A stretch of DNA of 64,000 nucleotides from Zancudomyces culisetae HAW-14-8. Lineage: Eukaryota > Fungi > Kickxellomycota. The DNA lies in NCBI GenBank assembly GCA_052426225.1, contig JBNJNM010000006.1:1798001-1862000 (forward strand), in the 5' to 3' direction. The translations under genes were made by a program, and so were the position numbers. This document shows positions 37,401 to 47,901 of this stretch, piece after piece. The notes below the pieces were generated by a model, which was given only the letters and a program-made list of their open reading frames with translations, searched no databases and was not told where the DNA came from. Each line of letters starts with the position of its first letter. Positions within the stretch are counted from its first letter, which is position 1.

Positions 37401-39136
37401 TAAAAAAATCAGAAAAAAACTACTCGATAACTCACCTAGAAGGACTTGCCATAATATTCGCAGTTAACCAGTTCAGAAACTACATCTGGGGAAGGCAATT
37501 TAAAATTGTAACCGATCATTCAGCGCTGGTCAGACTCTTCGACTCCAAGGAAGCATCAGGAAGGCTAGCTCGATGGGCCATTATTTTGCGAGAATACGAC
37601 TATACATTAGAACACCGAAAGGGAAAGAATAACCCTGCAGATCTAATATCGAGGTGTATCCCGGATTATACTACAGACGATACAAATGAAAAAGGTTTAA
37701 AAAGTGAAGAATTAGTGTATAAGGACTTTAGTTTTATTAACTTTAAAGAAAAGAGAAATGAAGAAAAAGAAATTATAGATAAAACAGAAGAAACTACAAA
37801 CGATGAAGAAAATTCAAAGGCGTTGTTCTACATGGAATTTATCGATTACACAGTTATAAAAAATTATTTGACTAACAACACTTACCCCTCAAATAGTGAC
37901 GAAACTTACAAAAACAAATTACGAACTAAGTCTAAACGTTTCGAATTGAAGAATGATAAATTATACAAATACTCATCTAAATTTGGAATACGAGAGGTAT
38001 TACACGAGTTGAATTGTAAGGAAAAAATTATCGAAATTCATAATGAAAATCACCTTGGAATTAACAATACATGGGAATTGGTTAAGAAAAAATATTATTC
38101 ACCAAAATTATTCGAGATTACAAAACATGTTGTTAATTTTTGCGATATTTGTCAACGATATAAATCATCAAGAATAAGAAAAAATTTAGCAAACCCAATA
38201 ATTGCTACTCAACCATTCGAAATTATAGGATTAGACATAATAGGACCAATCAATCCAATCTCAACAGAAGGAAATAGATACATTATTTCCGCGATAGATT
38301 ATTTAACTAAATGGCCGATTTGTCGAGCTGTTGAACAAGTTCAATCTGATACTATAATTAATTTTTTAGTTTACGACGTAATAGCCAATTATGGGATACC
38401 AAAAAAATTGATAACAGATAGAGGATCCAACTTCTTAAGTGACACAGTACTTGAATTTTATGAATTTATGGGCATAAATCATAACCCTACTACAGCTTAT
38501 AGACCACAATCAAATGGTCAAGTAGAAAGGCAAAATCAATACATAAAAAATGTCCTTTCAAAAATTTGCAAAAATGATAAAACAAATTGGGATAAATATT
38601 TATGGAAAGTTTTATTGGTTATAAGAAGTACTAAAAATAGGGTTACAAAAAAATCGCCTGCAGAGCTATTATATGGTTTAAATATCACTACACCAGAGTC
38701 ATGGAATAACATTAATACTAATGAAAACTTAGATGAGGCAATATTAGAGCGACTTGAATTTGTTAATAAAAATTTTAAAGAGTTGAGAGAGCTAGCAGTA
38801 GATAAACTAAAAACTAATAAAAAATATGAGAAATTTAGGTACGACAGCAATGTAAAAGAATACAAATTTAGTGAAGGACAGCAGGTGTTAAAGCACAATG
38901 ATATTCCAGAATCGAAATTTGCAGAGAAATGGAAGGGGCCATACGAAGTAGTTAGAGTGCTAGAAAATGGAACATATATGGTACGCGATTTGAACAACAA
39001 TCACGATATAATCAATGGCGATAGACTCAAGCCATATAACACGATCGGAATTCCAAATGTGATTTCGACACGAATAATTTCGAGTTTACGAGATCAGAGA
39101 AATAGGAGGAGGTCGATAGGGACTATCGAACCTTAA
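34424..39136 (+). CDS. Single-ORF Gag-Pol polyprotein (Gag, PR, RT, RNase H, IN)
   Basis: PEKF...WL...IRQEPGE (Gag), LDTGA (protease), MPFGL/FVDD (RT), TTDAS...LEGLA...TDH (RNase H), HHCC + GLD/TDRG/VER and KWKGPY (integrase). Gypsy domain order; no chromodomain. Confidence 0.95.
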   Translation: MTIPSKEKSSTDRANKQKQNTESTEVVMEKQQKRMVSNKLEPEKFNPDNGEDALKWLKRYHLFATHGGWSEVETVEIMEYYLEGKARMWFEINEDKFTSWKELEQLFTSKFAGRQQEYNAWVEIQNIRQEPGEDIDMLSYRLGKLAKNAKITDEQMKIKYLWNAITPEKRRLLIKGEVQTYESAINTLREEEDIDMLSGVVNTNTVNNLTYHGSSNDARNKNCTEMEVLIGKFDSLNVNVMDFMKANSQNNQRYGNRNNNQNHNNYFNKNKDQFSNYQQQDKRNYQRNTYSNYDNGDRKPEVKNDQEIHKSVPNNNAEVKEINCLEVEVEPSELYMAEKRKNAEESNAQAGTAKVVKRLHSNTEGNDSEPMDTDHVTSIPEGSKRPSASRIINTRSAQSSQKSASSSSNNDSKSYSLVEDLGRVKANISLPQLIEISPIVKSQLESFYNNIAKVRAINSICSEKVTNCRTTVEILGTECLTVLDTGAACSVISRLLVEKLQYKVDASSAESIITADGARHNTLGKIHNLPIKIAEELFDTEVIIMNIPNNILILGIDWMRKYKANMDVQKQKITISKQYVTVELPFTTDGEVQVNRSEKSSYKDIEIFGIGKEIVNQMENANEVDQRIKDLINTYQDIFAEEYRQLTSTNVVEHSIDTGDAQPVKLRPYRIPNVMKDMVRKEIKTMEQKGIIEPCVSDWCAPVVTVWKKNGTLRICSDYRKLNSVTKKDNYPLPNISDIFEVLTGSGIFSTLDALSGFWQVKLKAEDKHKTAFTIPGEGLYCYNVMPFGLCNSPPTFQRLMERVLQSVLWKSAVVFVDDIVVFSKDEEQHILDLKKVFDLLRSNKIKLNSSKCSFGQKRLNYLGHVISVNGIETDQKKVEAIEKLPTPTTVKELQSFLGTTNYYRKFINNYAMIAGPLNSLLRKDTVWKWNMECQNAIDTLKVKLVTAPVLAHPKWDIPFIVTTDASLQGIGGILSQVQDQKEHPIAYVSRSLKKSEKNYSITHLEGLAIIFAVNQFRNYIWGRQFKIVTDHSALVRLFDSKEASGRLARWAIILREYDYTLEHRKGKNNPADLISRCIPDYTTDDTNEKGLKSEELVYKDFSFINFKEKRNEEKEIIDKTEETTNDEENSKALFYMEFIDYTVIKNYLTNNTYPSNSDETYKNKLRTKSKRFELKNDKLYKYSSKFGIREVLHELNCKEKIIEIHNENHLGINNTWELVKKKYYSPKLFEITKHVVNFCDICQRYKSSRIRKNLANPIIATQPFEIIGLDIIGPINPISTEGNRYIISAIDYLTKWPICRAVEQVQSDTIINFLVYDVIANYGIPKKLITDRGSNFLSDTVLEFYEFMGINHNPTTAYRPQSNGQVERQNQYIKNVLSKICKNDKTNWDKYLWKVLLVIRSTKNRVTKKSPAELLYGLNITTPESWNNINTNENLDEAILERLEFVNKNFKELRELAVDKLKTNKKYEKFRYDSNVKEYKFSEGQQVLKHNDIPESKFAEKWKGPYEVVRVLENGTYMVRDLNNNHDIINGDRLKPYNTIGIPNVISTRIISSLRDQRNRRRSIGTIEP

Positions 39137-39145
39137 GGGGGGGGA
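39135..39145 (+). other. Polypurine tract
   Basis: AAGGGGGGGGA directly abutting the 3' LTR. Confidence 0.9.
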
Positions 39146-39571
39146 TGTCGTATGAATATATAGATGATAATGTATAGTAGGTTAATCTACTGTAAATCTC
39201 TATTATTCATACTGATTGTCTGATTGTTGCAGATGCTTGCACATCTGTTTTCACCATTGTGGTTTTCCTTTGTGCAGCAACAATCAGACAATGGTTTACT
39301 TTATTACTATTAGGATTTTATAATACTTTATATAACAAACTACTTAAATAGCGACGACAAGGTCTAAGGATACCTTGTTCGGGATTTTATACTCTTTCTT
39401 CTAGCGTTTATTATACCAACGATAACTAAATAAAAGATTCTTAACTACAGTTAACTAGTTATTTTAGGAAGGTCCTGGACCAATTTTAAACATTAAGTAA
39501 TAGTGATTACAGCTTCGTCGTACTGTAATACACTCAATATTTTTATACAATATACAATTTTTCATACGACA
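39146..39571 (+). repeat. 3' LTR
   Basis: 426 bp, TG...CA, matches the 5' LTR. Confidence 0.95.
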
Positions 39572-40321
39572 TTTTTCTGAATTTTTAATTTTGTCTTATA
39601 TATACTTTAAATTTCAGTTTTTTTAGTTATAATTTTTAGGTTATCAATTACACTTTTAATACAATAAGACCGTTTATTTTATAACATAGTAGTTATAGTA
39701 ATAAATATAGCTGTTTTCTATAATTCTATATATCTTATTGATTTTCTAATTGTTTATTGATATTACTTTAACCGAAGAGCAGATTGATTGATGCTTAATC
39801 TACGTATTTATGACATTATTTAACAAATTTTGACATGTGATATAAAAAAGTCAACTTTTTAATAATACTGTAATAGTGGTTTTTTCTACTACCTGCTAAA
39901 GTATTAAACAATCTACAAATAATTCATAATGAGCTAAATATTTTGAAATTAAACTTTTTTACAAGGTTCAATAACATAATGAATAATATAATACTAGGAT
40001 AAATAAAAATACAAGATTTAATAATATAATTTTAAGGACTACCTTTTAAGGCATCAATTCTAGCGTTCGGAGATATAGGAGTTATTATTTGAATTTTATT
40101 GACATAAATGGCTATTTAATTATTGAATGAATATAGAAAGAAAAAAATTATTAAAGATACTAAGTCCATGAGCTTGAAGCTTTAAAGTCAAAAAAATTGG
40201 TATAATTGAACGGTTTTTTTTGTGTAGAAATTTTAAATTTTGCATCTGAGGTTTTAAGAAATTATTAATATCTGCTGAAGCACATCTCCTTTAGGGTTCT
40301 ATCCTATATTATTTGCGGAAT

Positions 40322-41074
40322 TTAGCTGGTGGATGCACTTTGTGTATCGGATGCGGTTGTCTTATCTCCAACGTTAACTTTGTTTACACTAATACTATTT
40401 ATTTCTAGCTTTTCAATAGAAACGTTTTTTAAATCTGTGTTTGATGTCTGAGAATCGCTTGTATTGATTTCGCTGGTATTTGGCTCACTGGTATTGATTC
40501 CGCTGGTATTTGGCTCACTGGTATTGGTTTCGCTGATATTGGTTCCGCTGGTATTGGTTCCATTGGGTTGACTGGGTATATCTGTAGGCGATACAGGTAT
40601 TACTACTATAGAAGTTACGGTTGTAGTTACTGATGTTGTTTGCAGACACGTTTCTGTAAATATTTCAGTCAATACCAAACTATTTGTTGATGACTCTACT
40701 AGAGAAATGGTATCAGTAAATGTTTTTGTAATTATTGTAGGCCCCGTACCACACCATATGTTTGTATACTGTCCGTATCCAGAACCGGTTGTATATTGAA
40801 GCTGTGGTGCCGTTGACTGTGAATTGTAGCTGCTAGATCCAGTTCCAACAACTTGCGTGTTGTATTGGGACTGTGATGGTACCGGCTCTTGTTGTGACAG
40901 TAATTGCGGACTGTAATCACTATTCCCCACATCACGGACGTTGTGCTTTTGTACCACCACCCCAAAATCATGTTCACCGCTAGCTCTACCCAAACTTTGT
41001 GTACCGAGTGCATAGCTGGCATACAGCAATACAGCCATAGTTACGTTTGTGACTGACTGTTTTAATACTGTCAT
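40322..41074 (-). CDS. Secreted Ser/Thr-rich protein (family member A), 250 aa
   Basis: ATG at 41074, signal-like MTVLKQSVTNVTMAVLLYASYALG, Thr-rich block, NTS repeats, C-terminal pentapeptide motif. Confidence 0.75.
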   Translation of the reverse strand: MTVLKQSVTNVTMAVLLYASYALGTQSLGRASGEHDFGVVVQKHNVRDVGNSDYSPQLLSQQEPVPSQSQYNTQVVGTGSSSYNSQSTAPQLQYTTGSGYGQYTNIWCGTGPTIITKTFTDTISLVESSTNSLVLTEIFTETCLQTTSVTTTVTSIVVIPVSPTDIPSQPNGTNTSGTNISETNTSEPNTSGINTSEPNTSEINTSDSQTSNTDLKNVSIEKLEINSISVNKVNVGDKTTASDTQSASTS

Positions 41075-41782
41075 TGTTGTTAAAATATATGGTAATGTCT
41101 CCACAATTTGCCTGTATGGGCCTTGCAAGTATGGGTATTAGCAAAACAAAAGTAAAATCAATTCCAATATATCTACACGCAAAGTAGAAAAGATAAGTTT
41201 GTATATGAAATCTAATAATTGGGATACTACAGTGGGTATTTAAATATATATTTATGGGTATAAAATACTTTGTGTTCAAAGTTTGGATTAGTTGTTTTTT
41301 GGTTGATGGCCATCGAGGTTGTATACACACTTTCTCGTGCGTTTGCTTTGATTTACCCACCATCTATTTGTATACACACATTAGCCTAAATAATAAATTG
41401 TTTTATTTTATTTTCAAAGTTGTCTTCAAGCGAGGCTGTAATGGCACAAGTACAAATTCACAAGTAGTACAAGAATACAAATATAAGAATAGTAGCACAA
41501 ACACAAACACAAACACAAACCCATAATTAGTACGCAAATGAATACAAGTGCGTGGGTAGTTCATAAGCACAAATACATAGATAATACACAAATTCGATTA
41601 AAAAAGACAGCGGATATTGATGATAATCAACAAGAGTGTATTGACCTGACGACCGAAAATACTCTTAAACGTATTTGTCGTTCCACACGGCTGGGAGGGG
41701 AGGGGGCGGGGAGAGGGCATGAGAATTGCGGTAACCAAAATGTAGTTGTGTGTGATCCGGAGTTTTGTTTCAATTTGTGGGA
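40870..41782. repeat. ~0.91 kb direct duplication, copy 1
   Basis: Near-identical to 54689-55600 (offset ~13.8 kb), with only a few substitutions and a 1-nt indel. Confidence 0.95.
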
Positions 41783-44713
41783 GTTGAGGCTTACCAGGGT
41801 CATGAACAAATGAATGCAATTTGTGTACAAATTTTTTGTCAATTTAATGTATTTCCTATCTCAAATAGTTTCAACTAAAGGGAGCCTTTGAGTTTTTTGT
41901 GCGAGTTTTATTGAGTGAACATATTTTTGAGAAATGAAGTAGCTCATTAAATTTTATTGTACACGCTACACTTAATTTTGGGGCTAATGCCTTTTTTATC
42001 ACTAGCCTCGGCTTACAATTAAGAAATAAATAATTTCTCAAGTGAAGAATTGGAAACCGCACAGATAAAATTGTACGCTAGAGATGACTTTGCTACACAA
42101 TACAATATTCACTCATAATTAAGCAAGGTAGTGATATCTGTATCACGGATTTTTTTAATAAACTTTGGCTAAATATCCTGCACCAGGTTGTTGGAATGAT
42201 CATTCTACACCTTGGCTTTTGATATGATTTGGTATCATACTTTTGTAATTTAATGTGTTGTTGTTGACTTTAATATGAACCCGTTTCTATATTTAAAGAG
42301 GAACCTTAATGGTGGCTTTTTTTCAAATTGATCTGCCAAGCCTACCAAATTCGAGTATCCATAACCCAAAGCTTTGTGTGGAATACTTGAACTTTAGCTA
42401 ATAAGCCTCATTATCCTAGTTAACCAGAATGTTTTTCACCCACATAAAAATTTTGTGAGCTAAGTGTAAATAGCACGGTTTACTACACAGAGTTGAGTTG
42501 TTCTTACTACTTTAACTACCCAACGCATTACCTTTAAAGCCTAGCCTTAGTATCCGACAGCTACGTTTTTGTAGTACATAGCTACTATACCCGGGATGTA
42601 TAATTATCTAGACAGAGTCTCTAGAAGAATCTTATGAAATTTTGGTAAATGCGAATTTTTCGATAAAGTCGACTTTCCCAGGGGCTTTGTCCACCCTTCA
42701 AGCAGATGTGTGTTGTCTTTTTAAAGTTATATTATTACTTTTTAACACCTAACACTTATACAAATTAATAGCTAATACAATCTATAACCATGCCTTAGCC
42801 ACAAGGCACACATATACATAACATAAACATTTATTATATCATCCTGCAAGTTCACAACTACAGAGCGTATTTTTGATTTTCTATAAATGGCTTTTGTTAG
42901 TAGGAGATTCAACCAATAGTTAAATATATTGTTGCCAGTCATTAATTTTATCAAGCAATTCATATTTATTAGGCCTTTTAGAAGTAAACAGAAAAAGCTT
43001 TATATGTTCGTTACACCCAGTATTACGTTAACGGATGTTGTCCTCACGTTTTATTTTTGTATTGCTAATCTAGCTAGCAAACTTGTAAAATATGACTTTG
43101 GTGCTAACAAATTTATATGTGGAGTCGAGTTAATTTTCTGCTTATCAGCGTTTATTTTATTATGTTTATAAGTGTCTTGGGATGGGAAGAGAGATTATGA
43201 TGTTAGTTAGTAGCACATCGCCAAAAAAAGTGTACAACACAAATATCAACATGCATTTCTATGTATTTTGCAGAGTAAAAATAAAACAATAGTCAAGACC
43301 TCTTTCAAAGGAACGCATATATCCACAATCTCACTGTTCTTAGAACGATGTTGAAAACTTGGTGGAGAATAAACATTTGTTTAATACGCCATAATTTCCT
43401 TTTCTGTCATCAGAGTCGTTACTGCTAATATCATGGTTAATACTACCACAATTACTGCCACAATTACTGCCACTATCCTCACAGTTTCCAAACCACATAT
43501 TTAATAGTCATACCTTTTCAATAAATAAAACCGCTATCCCCAGTATTAGAGACACTCAGTCAATATCCGTTGCGTAATTAAGCTTCTGAAACACCACCAA
43601 GCTTAGTTTAGTACTAAGCAGTCTTACTATTCAGGCTTGAATTGGGAATCCTGCAGTTAAATACAGAATGTTTTGCGGTTCTTTAAGGCAAAAACCTTGT
43701 TAGTGGCGGACAAGATAAGCTGGTCATCTTTTCTAAACGAGTTGATACTGCAAGAAGCCATGGGTGTGTCTTCCAAGTTATTTCTGCCACATGGCTACTT
43801 TAATTGACCATAAGGATAACTCAAGGCTAAAAATATAAGCTAAATGCTAGATCTGATTCAATAAGTTCAAAGCGTTTAAAGCCATCTCATAAGTGAGTTA
43901 TTACTAAGGGCATCGTTGGGGGAGGGTGATGTCTGGTGGATATACGCATTGGAATTGGGTGGCAAGTTTATACTTGAACATTTATTAACCTCTAGGAAAG
44001 TTGTCGTGTATAGGTATTTTTATTTGCTATGAGTATGCAGAAAAACTATAATTTACGCAGTCATTCTTAGTTACTTTTAGTTGACCTGTTTTTTCCAACT
44101 AATTAGCAATATATTTCTGTAAAAAATACACTATTTTATTGTTTATTGTTTTATTAACACAAATAGTACTATATTCGATATTTTATCTACATTTCCTAAT
44201 CTGAAAAGTAAAGCGGGAATGAATTGGTTAAGGTCGTTTTGTTTTCTTTGTAAGCTGCAATCATTTATCCTAGTCAAAAGTTATTACCTATTTCGCAACG
44301 ATTTTATGCTTTGTGTCTGAAAAACGGAATTTGAAATAAATATTCTTGGCCAATAGTACACGAAGAAATACATCTTTGTTTACGTTTTGAAAATTGGGCA
44401 AGTCGCATAATGCAAGAAAATGTGGATTGCTGAGTTATTGTTTACGCGTTGAGTTGGTGAAGGGTAAAGTGTTTTTTCATAGCTTTCAAGTTTTACTAAT
44501 AAATATAAATACCACAATCCAAGATAAAAAGTTAACTACTTTGAGTTTAAGAATAACATATCATATAAAAGAAAATAATTCATACGTGAATAACACGCAT
44601 CCCTCTGGGTCTAGAGTTTTGTTGTTATTACTCCCACCACTAAAACGCAGTAGAACGATCAAATACTCGTCTTATAAAACGGCTAAAATCAAAATATTCA
44701 ATAATAAGCCATC

Positions 44714-47182
44714 ATGGAAGCGGTGTTAAAAAGAAAAAGAATCGAGGAAGGCACGGGTACTGGTAAGTAGCTACGCATATGTATATACATCCTTGCCCTC
44801 TAAGGCTGTTTTTTTTTTTCATGAAATGTGCTTTGCCTTGCTTGTGCAAGGCGCATTTTTTAACACAGCATTAAAGTATAATAATCATACCATATGTTTA
44901 TCAATACATAGAGATTGAAACTATAATTGATGGAATCAAGCAAATGACCACGCGGCGAAAAAAAAGCCTAGTCTTTGTTACGGTAGAGAATGAAAGTCCT
45001 AAAGCAACAAGAGGCAGAACACTTAAAACAGTATTCAGTGTAGTCAAAGGTATGTTGTGTAGGCTTGTATCTACTACTACTTTATTTTTTTCATTAAAAT
45101 TTACCAAATTAACGCTCTATTCTTTTAACTACAAATGGAACAGATTCAAGGCTCAACCAAAAATTGGGAGGAAATGAAAAGGAGGCTGCGACCAACGTTA
45201 CAAGCAAGGAGTTGAAAGGTTCAAAGTCCATGGGTTACATTAACGAAGCATTAAAAAGGAACGTGAATACACCCTCCGAAGAAAGTATGAGAGAACTGAG
45301 AAAATTGATAGAGGGTAGCTCCCAAAAAGACAACAAAATTGGCTACAATAACGGAGGAACAACTCTTCTCCCCAAGGATAAAGACTCATTCTTGTCACCA
45401 ATTAGCACCTCAAATGATACAAAGGGTGGTTGCACAGCTGTACAAAACAAACACGTAGAATATTCTCATAGATATTCTACTAGATCAAGAAGCTTGAAAA
45501 ACAGGAGCGCTGTCTCTGTACAAAATCTTAAAGAATTGACAGTATTAAATGACAAGGCAAAAGTCACTATGAGTGAGAAAAAAACTCGTGTGAAGGCAAG
45601 CAATCTTGTGAATGAGGTATCACCCATCCGTAAGAAGCAAGAATTGGAAAAGACCTCAACAGCCTTTGGGAAGGGAGGAGCTGAGTTTGAAGTTATAGGA
45701 AGGGAAGACGAACGAAAAAAGATTCTGGAGATGGTAACCTTATCCATGGAAGAAATGAAGGGGGGAAGCCTTTACATCTCTGGAAATCCGGGAACAGGGA
45801 AAACTGCAAGTGTAATGAGCACTATAAACGGGTTGAGCGGGAAAGGGAAGGCTAACATTGCTGTTGTAAACTGCATGTCTATTCAAACCCCAAAACAGGT
45901 GTTTTTAAAAATATACGAAGGCCTTGCTACAAGTCAAAACCTAAATTACTATGGCCTGAGTAGGTCCAAGAAAGGAATGAAGCAAAGTATTGGGAAAAAG
46001 CTAATTAAATGGAATAATTTGGAAAACACGACCGAAAGCGATCTAAAAGCAAAGCTTGAGAATATGTTCATAGGAAACTCGAGAGATTTTTTAAATATAG
46101 TTGTGCTAGACGAGCTAGATAACATAGTAACTAGGACACCAACTGAGGTGTATCTTTTGTTTGAATGGGCAATGCGTCACGATTCAAACCTTCTGCTTAT
46201 TGGAATAGCAAACTCGCTAGATTTAACTGATAGATTGTTACCAAGACTGCAAACAAGGAATTGTGTTCCAGATTTGTTACACTTTACGCCTTACACAGTT
46301 GAAGAAATTGTTGTAGTTTTGAAGAATCGAGTAGAATTGCTATATAAAGATTCTAGGGAAGAGGGCCCTGATAAAAATACTACTCCTAAATCATCAATCG
46401 GTGTAGATTCTTCTAGAGAAATATTACGTGACTTGATCAAAGAGCCTACAAGTGTGTGTGAAAGTGGCGAGTTGCCACAACCAGATATTACAATTCAACA
46501 GTCAGCTCTTGAACTCTGTGCTAGAAAGGTGGCCTCAGGGTCTGGTGATATGCGAAAAGCACTAGATGCTTGCAAATTGGCAATTGATGGCTTCAAACAA
46601 GAGCTGAAGAGAAAGTCTTTGCTAAACGATGGTAAAAAAACCCCGCGCCAGGTTACTGTTGTGCATATGATGAAGGCTCTTTCGAACCTTTATGGTACGT
46701 CTACCGACAACGTTTTGCTTGGTTTAAATTTCCAGCAAAAGATTGTTTTGGCATCAATAATAAACTTTCAGAAAAATGTCAAAAGCCAACAGGGCATAAG
46801 AAACAATACTTTGACGAAAAGTAGATCGTATGGAGGAAATCTTTCCATCGCGACTAGTTTGAGTGCGACTTGCACCCTTTCGCTTAATTATTTATATGAG
46901 CTGTATTCAAGGACATGCCACGAGATAAATCTTCCGAGCCCCCTGATGCGCACGGAATTCAACGATTTGGTGAGTTTGTTGGAGTCTATCGGAGTTGTAA
47001 CTATTGAGCAAGCTTCGGCCAAAACCTCTAGGAGGATTTCTATAGCTAAAAGCTTTATGAATATGAGTATGGCAGGCTCATTGGTATCTAACGGAAACAA
47101 CACTATCAAGCTAGCAATGTCAAGCGATGGTATAGCCAAAGTAATCTCCAACACCCCCTTACTCTCGGCTGTTTTACTGTGA
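44714..47182 (+). CDS. CDC6: Cell division control protein 6 / Cdc18 (AAA+); exons 44714-44762, 44912-45049, 45144-47182
   Basis: SLYISGNPGTGKT (Walker A), VVLDELD (Walker B), LIGIANSLDLTDRLLPRL, ARKVASGSGDMRKALD, C-terminal winged helix. Two upstream GT-AG introns are in frame. Confidence 0.92.
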
Positions 47183-47901
47183 ATTACAGGTCTTTTGGAT
47201 GATCAATAGTTCCTGTTTTTTTTTATTGTCAATTTGCGCAGATTTCATTGTATGTTTGATGTTTCAAGTTAATTGCGTTTTTGCCCTAGTAAATTATTTT
47301 TTTTTCGATATGTATACACGCCCCGCTTTCAAATACAGGATGTTCATTACCATGTATATATGCAATGTTGATATGTCTACCTTATCAGTCTGAAAATATG
47401 TTTTTAATGGAAAGTGTTTTACTCTTGGTATACAAAGACAGTAGATTCGATTTGGGTAGATATAGTACGTTAGAGGTGGTTGAAGGGGGGATAAGCTGAT
47501 GGTATTTTGTTTTACTTGAAAATTTCTGGTTTTCTTTTTTTGTTGGTCATTTTTGTTTGGAGCTTATATACTAAAGATCAGGGTAAAGAAAAAAAAAATA
47601 GATGTTGAGGTACTGGAGGGGTGTTCCAAACCATTCAAACCCACCAATCACTCGAATAAAAAATAGATAGTAGATATGTTTTTTTTCTTTTTACATTGAA
47701 ATGCAACATCTATTCGTTTGCAATTGGGTGGATGGGATTAGAATTTTGCGCGCGACATGTCTACAAAATTCACGTGTTTGGTTTAGGAGTAAATAAAATC
47801 CTTGCTCGTATAGCTTTTCAATTGATCCATTCTAGTTTAACAAACTAAATTTAGTTAAAGGTATTAGAAATACATATAGATAGGCGAGAAAACAAGGGAA
47901 G

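Larger units (their letters stand above)
33922..39571 (+). mobile_element. Full-length Ty3/Gypsy LTR retrotransposon (5650 bp)
   Basis: Two 426-bp LTRs (TG...CA) with 11-bp terminal inverted repeats TGTCGTATGAA. TTTTT on both flanks (TSD), PBS, PPT and an intact gag-pol. Confidence 0.97.

Noticed and set aside
40986-41842. Identical short ORFs appearing twice (also at 54805-55700)
   Set aside because: A consequence of the recent DNA duplication, not evidence of coding conservation.
41800-44400. Possible gene or TE remnant between member A and CDC6
   Set aside because: Only short ORFs without recognisable motifs; no terminal repeats seen.
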